The notes: generated from the letters alone by a model not told the origin. A stretch of DNA of 64,000 nucleotides from Macrostomum lignano (GCA_002269645.1 NIVC01000411.1:143891-207890); one strand, 5' to 3'. Positions 1 through 13,190 are shown, numbered from the stretch's first letter. A program made the numbers and translations.

Positions 1-166
1 TATCATTAAGTAAATTCCCATATTTCTCGCTCTAAACTGAAACAACTGCTACTCCAATTAGACTACTTGAAGTAGATTTGCTGTCGTTTTTTTTCTATTT
101 TTAATAAAGTTTTTAAAGTACAAAAATTCTCTCATTGGGATCGGATGTATGGTGAGATTTTTTCCA

Positions 167-660
167 AATTTAGGTCAGGTGTCAGAAAGTGTCTAAATTT
201 TGTGCTTCACTAATTTAGGTCAGGTGTCAGGTGTCTAAGGTGACTGCTTCCATAATTTAGGTCAGGTGTCAGAATGTGTCTAAAGTGACTGCTTCCATAA
301 TTTAGGTCAGGTGTCAGGTGTCTAAGGTGACTGCTTCCATAATTTAGGTCAGGTGTCAGGTGTCTAAGGTGACTGCTTCCATAATTTAGGTCAGGTGTCA
401 GGTGTCTAAGGTGACTGCTTCCATAATTTAGGTCAGGTGTCAGGTGTCTAAAGTGACTGCTTCCATAATTTAGGTCAGGTGTCAGGTGTCTAAAGTGACT
501 GCTTCCATAATTTAGGTCAGGTGTCAGGTGTCTAAAGTGACTGCTTCCATAATTTAGGTCATGTGTCAAAATGTGTCTAAAGTGACTGCTTCCATAATTT
601 AGGTCAGGTGTCAGGTCTAAAGCGACTACTGCTTTTCTAATTTAGGTCAGGTGTCAGGTT
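167..660. repeat. 42-bp minisatellite (taatttaggtcaggtgtcaggtgtctaaggtgactgcttcca)n
   Basis: About 11 near-identical units; accounts for the 14-aa periodic ORF 210..569. Confidence 0.95.
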
Positions 661-1017
661 ACTAAACTGTACCAAAATTCGCAGAGCACTACTAACAGTA
701 ACTAAAAAAGCGATTTCATCCATCCTAAGCTTCATCCTATATTCTCGCATACGCTGAGAGTGCGCTCAATGCTCAGTTTAAGTCTGTTTGCTCTACCCAA
801 CACCGCTATTGTGCTCACCGGCTTCAGGCTCAGCCGGCCGGCTCTCTAACCAACTCTCTAGCCAGACCGCTAGTGCCATTGTGCATCTGCGCGCTCAAAA
901 ATCTGCAACTCTGGGTGCCAAGAAAATCGTCTTCTTTAGAGCCTTCCCTTCGTCTGTGCCCCCCTCCTCACTCCGGCCTGTCCACTCTGCATGGTGGGGT
1001 GAGCACACTAGAGTCGG

Positions 1018-1032
1018 GTAGCCCCTAGCAAC
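1018..1032 (+). promoter_or_regulatory. RFX X-box motif
   Basis: GTAGCC-CCT-AGCAAC fits GTNRCC(N0-3)RGYAAC, about 160 bp upstream of the ATG of a putative ciliary gene. Confidence 0.55.
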
Positions 1033-1188
1033 CAACCGCCTCTCCATCTCTCTCTTTCTCTGTATCTCTTTCTCAATCCTCGCCCTCCACTACAGAAGCT
1101 TTTGAAAAAACAGTTTTTTTCGGACAAATCTGTCAGCTTTGATAAAAATATTTGAATAAATTTGTTTCGGAAAACCAGTCAGTCAGGC

Positions 1189-4100
1189 ATGCAGTCCGTT
1201 AAACTGCCTACCATCAGTAGGTCGCAGGTTCGACCCGTGTGGCTGCCGGAGGGCGCCGATCAGCTGACGGAATTTCAGCCGCAGATGAGCTCGATATTCA
1301 GGCAGGACTTTGTGCGGCACAGCCTGCCGAAGATGCCCGACCTGCGCCCGAAGGTCAGCGCCTACGTCAGCAACCTGCCGTTCGCCGCCACCTCCGAGCA
1401 GCGGGCCGCCTTCCAGGGCGATCAGCCGCCCAGGCGGCGGGTTCGAGTTCGGCGAGGTCAGCTGGCCCTGTCCACCGAGGCCTTCAATAACAGCAGCATC
1501 TACAGCCAGGAGTTTGTGGCCAAGGAGAGAGGTGACTGCCTGACCCTGACACCTGTGTGGCTCCTGACCCTTGCTGACTAACCCTTGCTGACTGACCCTT
1601 GCTGACTGACCCTTGGTATCTTACCCTTGGTATCTGACCCTTGCTGACTGACCCTTGTTAACTGACTGTTGCTGACTGACCCTTGCTGACTGACCCTTGT
1701 TATCTGACCCTTGCTGACTGACCCTTGTTATCTGACCCTTGCTGACTGACCCTTGTTAACTGACTGTTGCTGACTGACCCTTGCTGACTGACCCTTGTTA
1801 ACTGACTTTTGCTGACTGACCCTTGCTGACTGACCCTTGTTAACTGACTGTTGCTGACTGACCCTTGCTGACTGACCCTTGCTGACTGACCCTTGGTATC
1901 TGACCCTTGCTGAATGACCCTTGCTGACTGACCCTTGGTATCTGACCCTTGCTGACTGACCCTTGGTATCTGACCCTTGCTGAATGACCCTTGCTGACTG
2001 ACCCTTGGTATCTGACCCTTGCTGAATGACCCTTGCTGACTGACCCTTGGTATCTGACCCTTGCTGACTGTCCCTTGGTATCTTACCCTTGGTATCTGAC
2101 CCTTGCTGAATGACCCTTGCTGACTGACCCTTGGTATCTGACCCTTGCTGACTGACCCTTGCTGACTGACCCTTGGTATCTGACCCTTGCTGACTGACTC
2201 TTGCTGACTGACCCTTGCTGACTGACCCTTGCTGACTGACCCTTGGTATCTGACCCTTGCTGAATGACCCTTGCTGACTGACCCTTGCTGACTGACCCTT
2301 GCTGACTGACCCTTGGTATCTGACCCTTGCTGACTGACCCTTGTTAACTGACTGTTGCTGACTGACCCTTGTTAACTGACTGTTGCTGACTGACCCTTGC
2401 TGACTGACCCTTGGTACATACCTAAGACATTGTACATGTACAGACACTTGGCAATCAATATCCCAGGGTCTCTAACTCTTAAGTCAACAATCAATATCAA
2501 GGGTCCCCATCTCCATAATCAATATTCAGGGTCCCCAACTCTTTAATCAATAATCAATATCGAGGGTCTCCAACTCCATAATCAATATCCAGGGTCCCCA
2601 ACTCCCTAATCAATATCGAGGGTCCCCATCTTCCTAATCAATATCCAGGGTCCTTAACTCCCTAATCAATATCGAGGGTCCCCATCTTCCTAATCAATAT
2701 TCAGGGTCCTTAACTCCCTAATCAATATCGAGGGTCCCTATCTCCATAATCAATATCCAGGGTCCATAACTCCTTAATCAATATCGAGGGTCCCTATCTC
2801 CATAATCAATATCCAGGGTCCTTAACTCCCTAATCAATATCGAGGGTCCCTATCTCCATACTCAATATTCAGGGTCCTTAACTCCCTAATCAATATCGAG
2901 AGTCCCTATCTCCATAATCAATATCCAGGGTCCCTAACTCCCTAATCAATATCGAGGGTCCCTATCTCCATAATCAATATCCAGGGTCCCTAACTCCCTA
3001 ATCAATATCGAGGGTCCCTATCTCCATACTCAATATCCAGGGTCCCTAACTCCCTAATCAATATCGAGAGTCCCTATCTCCATACTCAATATTCAGGGTC
3101 CTTAACTCCCTAATTAATATCGAGGGTCCCTATCTCCATACTCAATATCGAGGGTCCCTATCCCCATAATCAATATCCAGGGTCCTCAACTCCGTCCCTC
3201 AGGCGTCACCGAGAACTACAAGCCGAAGACTGACGCCAGCCTGTCCCAGGAGCCGTTCCAGGCCAGCAGTGTGTACAAACTGGACTATCCAAGGCACGAG
3301 ACCAACCCCAGCATGTCGGAGACGGTGGCGAAGCTGCAGCAGTCGCAGGCGGCCCGGCCTCAGCAGTACCAGTCCGCCGATCCGAAACTGCGCTGCCTGG
3401 ACGGCACCACAGACTATGGCGGCAATTTTCTCGACCCACAGGTTGGTCTGATGATCGATCGATTTTAAAATAAAAAATTCCTTGTCCCACTCGTTTGATG
3501 AAGCGTTAAACTATAAGAACGTACATCTCACTTTGTAGAACAAGTTCTTGAAAATGAGAACATCGTCACAGGGCCAAAGTTTAAAATTTTTAATCATGAT
3601 CATGATGAGCATGTGGAGTATCACAATCATAATCAATCAGCGATTAGGCTGTTATTTCCCCCCCCCCAAACCCTCAGCCAATCAGCGATCAGGTTGTTGT
3701 ATCTCTACCAAGTCATCAGCCAATCAGCGATCCGATTGTTATCTCCACCCCAAACCTGCAACCAATCAACGATCGGGTTGTTGTTATCTTCACCCAAACC
3801 TTCAACCAATCAGCCATCGGTATTTTATTTTCATCCCCAACATTGTCCGATCCCCACTCCCAGGTGGCCGCCCGTCGCTTGATTCCGCCCGGCTACAAGC
3901 CGCCAACCGAGAAAATGTCTGGCGACACCTGCTACAGCAAGGTGTTTGTGCCGTTCGCCGGCGCCCAACCCGCGCCGATGTTCAAGCCGCAGACGGTGGC
4001 GTTCGCATCCGGCGCCCCGTTTGTTGGCCAGTCCGTCTACAAGGACGACTTCGTGCCGAAGCCGCTGAGAAAGTCGTCAGCAAACGTGCTGGAGAACCGG

Positions 4101-4202
4101 ACGGGCATCATGACGATGGCCAGGCAGGAGGAGCCCGGCATGCCCGGAGTGCCCATCGAATCGTTTCCGGAGAACATTTCAGGCGTGCTGTATCGCACCT
4201 GA
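1189..4202 (+). CDS. SAXO/FAM154-like microtubule inner protein with Mn-type motifs (~306 aa, 3 exons)
   Basis: Exons 1189-1531, 3203-3441, 3864-4202; GT-AG junctions in phases 1 and 0. Repeated S/T-x-Y/F-x2-D/E-F motifs (SIFRQDF, SIYSQEF, SVYKLDY, TDYGGNF, TCYSKVF, SVYKDDF). Start codon uncertain. Confidence 0.7.
1565..2415. repeat. 14-bp-unit minisatellite (ctgactgacccttg / gtatctgacccttg) in intron 1 of the SAXO-like gene
   Basis: Direct tandem units. Confidence 0.95.
2455..3190. repeat. ~27-bp-subunit minisatellite (atcaatatc(c/g)agggtcc...) in the same intron
   Basis: Alternating subunits form a ~54-bp higher-order unit that runs up to the acceptor at 3202. Confidence 0.9.
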
Positions 4203-4574
4203 GAGCACCTGAGAGAAAGTTGAAACTCATTTTACTCCTCGCTTCTGTGCTGCTGTTGTATCTGTCTAATTTACAGTAAGCTAGATGTTGCTCAACACTT
4301 CCTGAATAATTTTAACAAATTCTATAAAAGGCCCATTCGAACTAGTTAGTAAGTTGGCGTTTTATTGTCCTAAAGTTAAAGAAAAAAAAAACATTTTCCT
4401 AAGCTATTTTTATATTCGCTTAAAATATAGTTAACTTTCGTGCGAGAATTTTTTATAGTTAGAGGCACTCGGCTTATCTGTATGTACGAGTATATTATCC
4501 GTTTAAAAGATTTCAGTCTTTTTTACATGCTGTTTTAGCTAGCTGTGTCAGCTTGTGCATGAGGGCATTCAAGT

Positions 4575-4970
4575 CCGGAGAGGGGTTGGTGCCCATGCAC
4601 AGTGAGAGCCTCAACTTCCGGAGAGGGGTTGGTGCCCATGCACAGTGAGAGCCTCAACTTCCGGAGTGGGGTTGGTGCCCATGCACAGTGAGAGCCTCAA
4701 CTTCCGGAGTGGGGTTGGTGCCCATGCACAGTGAGAGCCTCAAATTCCGGAGTGGGGTTGGTGCCCTTGCACAGTGAGAGCCTCAAATTCCGGAGTGGGG
4801 TTGGTGCCCATGCATAGTAAGAGTCTCAAAATGAGGAGTGGGGTTGGTGCCCATGCACAGTGAGAGCCCCAAAATCTGGAGTGGGGATGGTGCCCATGCA
4901 CAGTGAGAGCCTCAAATCAGGAGTGGAGCTGGTGCCTGTACACGGTGAGAGCCCCAAAATCTGGAGTGGG
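4575..4970. repeat. 43-bp minisatellite
   Basis: gagaggggttggtgcccatgcacagtgagagcctcaacttccg x ~9, decaying to the right. Confidence 0.9.
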
Positions 4971-5325
4971 GTGAACGCTCATCCACAGGAAGGGTGGGAA
5001 ATGGCAGTGAGTTGGCGTTTGGTATGAATGTATTTAACAGAGAATACGAGAAAAGTACACGTGAAGCGAAACAAATTATCGAACATTTTTGCACCAGGAA
5101 ATGCGTCAAATGTACAATTACACGTATCAGTATATGGATGACTTCTTTATTTCAAAACCATGTGGCCAGCTGGTGAATTTCGAAAGCGATAGAAATAAAA
5201 TAAACAGCAGCAGAAGTGCTCAGTAGAAAAGGAGAAGGCACACAATTCGGCAAGCATATTCAGGATTGCCTTCTGGAAGGGTCTCAGGCTTTACTGATGA
5301 AGCCTGCATGAGCATTCGCGAGCTA

Positions 5326-8230
5326 TCAATCACCGTCTCCATCATAACCTCCATCATCTCTGTCGTCTTCGACCGGCTCTTCTTCTGGCTCTTCTTCAGC
5401 TTCGGCTTCCGGTTCTGCTTCTTCCGCTTCATCTTCAGCATCTTCTTCGGCTTCTTCTTCTGCTTCTTCTTCTTCTTCTTCTTCTTCTTCTTCTTCTTCT
5501 TCTTCTTCTTCTTCTTCTTCGACATCCTCGCCGTCTTCTTCAATGTCTTCTTCATCGCCTTCCAAGTCTTCTGCTTCTTCTTCAGATTCGAAATCCTCTT
5601 GAAACTCGGCTGCCTCATCGATGCCAGCTTCTTCAGCAGCCGCCGTCGCATCAGCGTCCAACTGCAATTGCTGGTCTCGTTCTTCTTCTAAAAGCAGACG
5701 CTCCAATTCTAACTGCTGTTGTTGCTGATGCAGCTGCTCCAGCTCCAGCTGCTGTTGCTGGGCCTGATCGGTTTCTGCCGCCACTTGGCTGCGGGTTCCA
5801 TCGGATTGGCAGAGTTGGAAGAGTGCAATAACAGGGTGCCGTATGCGTCAGAGGATGTCAGGGGAGCCGTATGGGATGTCAGGGGAGCCGTATGGGATGT
5901 CAGGGGAGCCGTATGGGATGTCAGGGGAGCCGTATGGGATGTCAGGGGAGCCGTATGGGATGTCAGGGGAGCCGTATGGGATGTCAGGGGAGCCGTATGG
6001 GATGTCAGGGGAGCCGTATGGGATGTCAGGGGAGCCGTATGGGATGTCAGGGGAGCCGTATGGGATGTCAGGGGAGCCGTATGGGATGTCAGGGGAGCCG
6101 TATGGGATGTCAGGGGAGCCGTATGGGATGTCAGGGGAGCCGTACGGGATGTCAGGGGAGCCGTATGGGATGTCAGGGGGAGCCGTATGGGATGTCAGGG
6201 GAGCCGTATGGGATGTCAGGGGAGCCGTACGGGATGTCAGGGAGCCGTATGGGATGTCAGGGGAGCCGTATGGGATGTCAGGGGAGCCGTATGGGATGTC
6301 AGGGGAGCCGTACGGGATGTCAGGGGAGCCGTATGGGATGTCAGGGGAGCCGTATGGGATGTCAGGGGAGCCGTATGGGATGTCAGGGGAGCCGTATGGG
6401 ATGTCAGGGGGAGCCGTATGAGATGTCAGGGGAGCCGTATGGGATGTCAGGGGAGCCGTATGGGATGTCAGGGGAGCCGTATGGGATGTCAGGGGAGCCG
6501 TATGGGATGTTAGGAGCGAAAATGGCACTCACAAATTAGAAACACAGTTCAGGTAGTAGTTTCATCACCCCGTGGACGAGGCAAAAAAGAAAGGAATAAA
6601 AAATTTCTAAAGCCAGCTCAGCGATTCCCCCCGTGAGCTTTCAATTCATAACAACTCGCCTTGAGACTAGTAAAATAGTTATAAGTAGTAGCATACAGTA
6701 AATATATCTAGAACCTTAGATGGAAAATTTCTAAATATTCGCTTACAAAGGACATAGGAAAAGTTAAAAGCAACCCTTTGTACAATCAAGAGCTTCCAGA
6801 CTCACTCAGCTTCAGCAGCTGGGCCATTAGCTTCATCGTTTGCTTCCAAAGCCAGGAGATCGTCGGCACTTTCAACAGCCTCCGCCGTTGGCTGCTCCGA
6901 GATTGCCGCCGTTTCGTCTGCGATGTCCGCCCCGGAGGCTGCAGCTGTGGCGGCCGCGATGGAGGCGGCGGCAGCTGCGGCCGCGGCGTCTGTGGCTGCG
7001 GCCGTGTTTGCCGCGTCCCTAGCAACCAGCTCGGCTCGCCTCGCGGCCTCCTCGGCCTCCTCTTTGAGTCGGGCGTCGCGTAACGCCTGGGCGGCCAGCA
7101 TCTCGTCAGTGTAGCCGGCGTCCATCAGCCGCTCCATGCCGCCGATGTTTTTGAAGTCCACCTGTTGAATGTGATCATTATTTGATTATGAAATGATATG
7201 CTCAGGAACCACTCTTTGAATCGCCCATAAACCATTCTTAGAATCGCCCATAAACCATTCTTAGAACCGCCCATAAACCACTCTTAGAATCGGCCATAAA
7301 CCATTCTTAGAATCGGCCATAAACCATTCTTAGAATCGGCCATAAACCACTCTTAGAATCGCCCATAAACCATTCTTAGAATCGGCCATAAACCACTCTT
7401 AGAATCGCCCATAAACCATTCTTAGAATCGGCCATAAACCACTCTTAGTATCGCCCATAAACCATTCTTAGAATCGCCCATAAACCACTCTTAGAATCGC
7501 GCACAAACCCACAGAATGCGATTTCATGTCCTGTTTATAACAAAAGATGAAGCAAGGAACCATTGCTACATTTAGCTAACACGTTGTTGACAAAGCGGCA
7601 AACCTTCAGGCTGCCTAGTTGCAACAGAGCGTTCAGCTCAGCCTGATTCTTCCCCTGAGGCAGGTGTGGCGTCTCTCCGCCTGCCGAAGGCGCCGCAGGT
7701 TTCATTAGAGGCGAGGCTTTGCGTGTTTTTGTTGCTGCTTTTTTGGCTGCTGCTGCTGCTGCTGCTGCTGCTAGTGGCTGTTTTTTTGCCGCCGCAGTCG
7801 AAGGATTAGTTGAAGCAATCATTTCTGCATCTGACTGTCGTTGCTGATCGACGAAAGTCTCCGGCAGGCTGTCGATGAGCTGCCAGAGTCCATCGTGCGT
7901 CTGTGGCATCGCTGCAATGTTGGCCTGAGTACCGAACTCGCCATCGTCAAGATCGAAGCTGTCAAGCTGAAACAGCACAGCGTGATTGTTCTCGCGTCCG
8001 TTGTGAAAGCACAGTGATCGCGGATGATGATGGCTGTGGCGGTGCTGGTGATGAGGATGATGGTGGTGGTGATTCTGCCTACTGCCGGGCACGATGGCGT
8101 GCCGAAATCTCGCGGCTAGCACCTCGTCCGGGATGGTCATTCGCTCGCGATAGCTGCAGCGCGCCTTCTTCCGCTGCCGGCGTCTCTGCAGCAGTTGCAG
8201 TTCGTCGCGAACCCCAATGCAATTGCCCAT
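5326..8230 (-). CDS. Uncharacterised Ala-rich / Glu-rich protein (~481 aa, 3 exons)
   Basis: Exons 8230-7604, 7161-6806, 5788-5326, phases 0 and 2 consistent (LGSLK|VDFKNIGG; AE-D|QVAAET). Starts MGNCIG (alternative ATG 8257). His-rich patch, poly-Ala, poly-Glu from (GAA)n. No family recognised. Confidence 0.65.
5855..6510. repeat. 21-bp minisatellite (tgtcaggggagccgtatggga)n, intronic
   Basis: About 30 units; explains the 7-aa periodic ORFs. Confidence 0.95.
7205..7500. repeat. 23-bp minisatellite (aaaccattcttagaatcgcccat)n, intronic
   Basis: About 12 units. Confidence 0.9.
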
Positions 8231-8999
8231 GGCCTGTCGAATCCGTGATTTCTGCATGCACCGCCACGGTTTTTACCCCAATTTCCAGTCATTTTTTCTG
8301 CTGAAATATTGGGGCACGCTTTGGCAGAAACGCGTTTGCCTCGAACACCTAGTTTCTGCTTTGCATATCCGTACAAGGAGAGACAGCAGGCATTGCGCAC
8401 AGCATGGCTCGGGTGGGTTGGCCGCTTGGCTCGTCCTTGGCTGAGGGAATTGCTTCGGAAGGCTTAGTAAGGGATGAGAGAGGGAGAGAAATCGACCAAC
8501 CAGAACGGTTTACCTATGGAGGTCTCGCAGAAATTTGCACTGTGCAGCAAGCAGCTGGAAGCGATCTTAGCGATCACTGCAAAACTGCGGTGATTGCAGT
8601 GATCGTATTGACCCTCTGCTAGCAACCAACTTTGCTACTGCTTTTCATGCACCTGGGGTTTTTACGATCTGCTCCGTAGCTTGTATTTTCATAATTTCAT
8701 GCGACTACATGTATGTATGTCTAGCCAGCCATGGGACTGAAAATATAGTCAGAAGTTTTAACACCCAGCAGGCACCCAGCAGGCTCTGATCGAAAAGTCG
8801 CGGACAAAGTTATACACAGGGGGATAGTCATGTAAATTGCTGTCTTTACCGTACTTTATTTTAGAATCATCATACTATCCAACCTCATAGTGCTGCTTAT
8901 TATACATGTACATGTGCATGTAAATCTATGTAATTGTATAGAATCGTTTTAGTCTTTTTCATGCTTTAGTTTCCTTTCTCGTACTTGTACATGTACGAC

Positions 9000-11900
9000 G
9001 TATAGAATGGAGAATAAAAAAGACGCATTGGGTTACAGAATCCTAGCGCGGACGCGTTCGCGAAACAGCTCAGAGGGGCAGAGAGCAGTGTCACTCGGGT
9101 CAGGTCAAGGTCACTGAGGTCGTTAGTCAGAGTCTGGATCAGCGTGGCAGCACGGCCTTGGCCACGTCGAAGCCGTTCTCGCGGTGGGTGAAGCAGCGCC
9201 ATCGCGAGAGGGTTGGCTTCACCGCGACCGTGCCGACGCAGAACGTGGCCGGCGAGGGTTTGTCGCCGCCGTCGCAGGATAACGCTGAGAGGCGGAAGGC
9301 CGTTGCGCCGGTCGAGATCGCGGTTCGAGATGGTCACGGGGAATCGGATGCCGAGTGTGTAGCGGAGAAGCGCCCGGTAGATGCCGTTTAGCGCGTTTTC
9401 CCGGGTGGTGGTCACCGGTACGGCTTCCAGTCCGTAGAGCAGGATCGGTTCGACTGTGGCGCGGAAAGCTTGATCTTGAGGGCGTCAGGCGCTGCGGAGC
9501 TGAAGATAGGGCTGATCTTGACTGCAGCACGCCAGGCTTGTGCTTTCCGGTCCGTGATGATATCTTCAGGATTCAAGATTAGCACGCTCAGGTAGCGGAA
9601 GTCTTGGCAGGTTGAGATCGTTTCGCTGCTCGGCAGGCTCAGCTCGGGCGCGGTGCTGGTGCCGATGTGCATCACTTCGGTTTTTCTCCCGTTGACAATG
9701 AGGCCGACGCGCGAAGCTTCCAGGCAAAGTCTGTCCAGGGCGCGCTGAACCGCTAGCTCATCCCTGCACACTAGAGCGATGTCATCGGCGTAAGCTAAGG
9801 CGGCGAGGATGATGGTGGGTTGCCGAGGGCCCCTCCTGGAGGCCAAGATGTAGCTGTCTTCTTCTCACAGGGATCGCCGTAGGACATAGTCGATCGCGAG
9901 AATGAAGAGAAGGGGGCCAGGGTGTCCCCCTGAAGCACTCCAGAGGTGGTCGGAAATTCTTTGGTTGGGCCGTCGGTAGTCTGGACGAAGGCGTTCGTGT
10001 CCACGTAGAGGTTCATGACGGCGCGGATGAGAGCGCCGGGGACGCCGTACTCGGAGTGGAGCCCGGTAATGGCCAGCCGGAAGATCGAATCGAAAGCTTT
10101 GCGAAAGTCTACAAACGCAATCGAGACAGACATCTGACGTGTCTTGCAGGCTTCAACAATTGTGCGGATTGTCGCGATTTGCTCAATTGTCGATCAGCCG
10201 GGGCGGAAGCCGCTCTGAACACTGAGAAGCTGCGCGTCGAGTCCACGTAGCAGGCAATTGCGGATGATGGAGTTGAGTAGCTTTGGCAGTGCGGGTTCGA
10301 GTGCGATGCCACGCTGGTTGTCTAAGCTGGTCGATGGTCCTTTTTGGGAATGGAGACAATCTTTGAAATCCGCCAAGGTGGTGGGCGGTGGCGTCTGGGT
10401 CTCCTCCTAGAGGACTGTACTTGTTCAGTAAGCCAGTGATCACCGGTATCAGCTCGGTTAACTTTAGGACACGGGGAGGCACACCGTCAGCGCCGGTGGC
10501 AGCGTCGGGTCGCATTGTGGCAAGCGCTTTGCGCACCTCTGCTTGAGTGATGGGTCCGCAGTCAAATATGTCATTGTTGGTGATATGGCTAAAATTCGGG
10601 ACTAGCACAAGTTCAGTCTCAGGTTGTTGAGAACTTTGCGATAGTGATCAGCGAGAATCGATTTGTGGTGGTCTATCGATTCGGCTCCCACGGGGGCGGA
10701 GGGGCGAGGTTTTCTGCCAGTTAGTCAGTTTATAGCTCTCCAGGCTGCAGCGTGCTTGCAGTTTGCAGTTGCAGTTTCAATTTCTGTGACGGCTACGGAG
10801 ACGTGGGCCTGGATCCTCTCGGCATAGACGCGTTGCAGCTCTTCGCGGCTGATGGTGGCTTCGTCACTGTCCTGCCCCTGCGTGGCTTTGGCACTCTGAA
10901 CTCTTTGTCTGGCCTTGTGTCTGGCTTGTGCGATCCCCGGATACGAATCCCATACAGCTTTGGGCTGGTTCGGTTTGCGCCTGGGGAGCAGATTGGCTGC
11001 AGCTGATTCAACAGCGGCCGTAAAGGCGCTATCGGACTCACCAGGGCTAGGTTCAGCAGAGAGCAGCTTGCGCAGAAATATCTCGCGGGGGTCGCGGGTG
11101 TCGGGGTTGCGAAGGTCGGCCCAGAGCGGGTAGGGCTTGGGCTTCTTGAATTTCATCCAGCTTAGGTCGACATTGCAGGCCAGCATACTGTGGTCGGACT
11201 GAACGCAGCTGGGGCGGATGTTGACAACTCGTGGCATTCTGTTCTTGTTGGGATAGCGACGTTTGCCTGAGGGACGTTTGCCAGCCGACGTTTGCCAGCC
11301 GACGTTTGCCAGCCGACGTTTGCCAGCCGACGTTTGCCTGCGGGACGTTTGCCAGCCGACGTTTGCCTGCGGGACGTTTGCCAGCCGACGTTTGCCAGCC
11401 GACGTTTGCCTGCCCGACGTTTGCCTGCGGGACGTTTGCCAGCCGACATTTGCCTGCCGACATTTGCCAGCCGACGTTTGCCAGCCGACGTTTGCCTGCG
11501 AGACGTTTGCCAGCCGAAGTTTGCCAGCCGACGTTTGCCTGCTGGAAGTTTGCCGGAAAAAATGTTCTAGCCAATATAAAGCCAGTCAGTGAAAAATTTG
11601 ATACTGAAATATTCGCAGTTTAGCGGTTTGACAAAAACCGTTTTTACTCAAACTTTTTAAGGGTTTGCATATATACAAGTTCGAAAGCAAAATCTATATA
11701 AATTATGCAGTTCATCAGTCTAACGTCTAATATCTAGTTTAACAACGATTTTGGCACAACATATCAAAAGATGAACAATGGGTTTGCCTCGTATGAAAGC
11801 AATAACAATTGTTGTGCTGAAAAGATGAAAACTTCCTATCTCCCTATGGCCTTCAAAACATTTTCCATAGACTTCGACTGCTGCGCGTCCTTCTACTTTA

Positions 11901-13190
11901 GTAGTCCTTGGCGTGACTAAGCTTTGTATACGAAGTGTCTAGCGCTTGCTATCCTACTAGCTTGCTACTGGCGGCTTGTCTGGCTATTCAGCTAGCTTAC
12001 TATACAAACGTACCGCATTCGACTCGTCTACACATGTACGTTGAGATCGCGGTTTCCTGGCTTACTTGTGTAGTAATACAACAGCATTGGAATCAATTTG
12101 CTTACTTATGGATCTCCCAATGAACTGAGAAATATATGAGCCAGAATTACCGCTCAGCAGCTCTTTTTGTTTGCTTCATACCTTAAATCGCTGGAGATTC
12201 CCGTTTTAATCTGCGTGTCTTCTTTCGCACATCAAAAATCAAACATCTCAAACTGGAAAAAACGATACACAATTGTCAAAAATTAAGTAAACTATATTTT
12301 CACATTCAAAGAAAATCGTTATTAAACTAGATATTAGATGTTAGACTAATAAATAGCATAATTTATATAGATTTTGCTTTCGAACTTGTATATATGCAAA
12401 TAACCGTCAAAAAGTTGGAGTAAAAACGGTTTTTGTCAAACCGCTAAACTGCGAATATTTCAGTATCAAATTTTTCACTGACTGGCTTTATATTGGCTGG
12501 CAAATTTTTGCTGGCAAACTTCCAGCAGGCAAATGTCGGCTGGCAAACGTCCCGCAGGCAAACGTCGGCTGGCAAATGTCGGCTGGCAAATGTCGGCTGG
12601 CAAATGTCGGCTGGCAAACGTCCGGCAGGCAAACTTCGGCTGGCAAACGTCTCGCTGGCAAACGTCGGCTGGCAAACGTCTCGCAGGCAAACGTCGGCTG
12701 GCAAACGTCGGCTGGCAAACGTCGGCTGGCAAACGTCGGCTGGCAAACGTCGGCTGGCAAACGTCCCGGAGGCAAACGTCGTAGACCCGTTCTTTTTTGA
12801 GAGGTGAGTCATGATCCAATTGAGCCGGGTAACTCTGTTGTTGGTGGCGAAGAAAGTTGGAAGCTTTTTGATGGGTTGGCGCATGAAGCCATTGATTGGA
12901 CCGAGTTCTCTGGCTTGGATGAAGTTTGCTAGGATTGCAGAGTTAGCGTTCGGAGTTCCACATCTGTTCTTGACGAGCCTGCCGTCAGCAGGGAGTGTGG
13001 CGTTGAAGTCGCCAGCAATGATGACAATGTCGCGAGAAGGCGCCGAGTCCAGGAGTTGCCCTAGGGCTTCGTAGAGGGCTTCAGTGTCGCGCGGGTCAGC
13101 ATGGAGGTTCGGTTTGCAGTTGGGGCGCAGACACACAGAAAGTACAGTAGCCTATCTTTCAGAGCAAAGGTGGCGTGCCCAATACGGTCG
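9000..13190 (-). mobile_element. Decayed non-LTR retrotransposon (APE + RT, RTE/RTEX-like), frameshifted and interrupted
   Basis: APE motifs (CVCAPTA, IIAGDFNA, SDHSML). RT motifs (QSGFRPG, FVDFRKAFDSI, GVLQGDTLAP, LAYADDIAL). C-terminal LRRRRQTLAGHVLR. Several frameshifts and stops; ends approximate. Confidence 0.9.
11250..12788. mobile_element. Non-autonomous foldback/MITE-like element, ~500-bp inverted arms with 14-bp subterminal tandem repeats, 3-bp TSD (GTT)
   Basis: Arms ~11250-11752 and ~12312-12788 are reverse complements; termini GGG...CCC; GTT at 11247-11249 and 12789-12791; unit ccagccgacgtttg. Confidence 0.85.

Noticed and set aside
5220-5691. Poly-Lys and poly-Phe ORFs
   Set aside because: Alternative frames of the (GAA)n poly-Glu exon
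8615-8630. X-box upstream of the acidic orphan gene (ctgctagcaac)
   Set aside because: Only one good half-site, ~400 bp from the ATG; too weak to call
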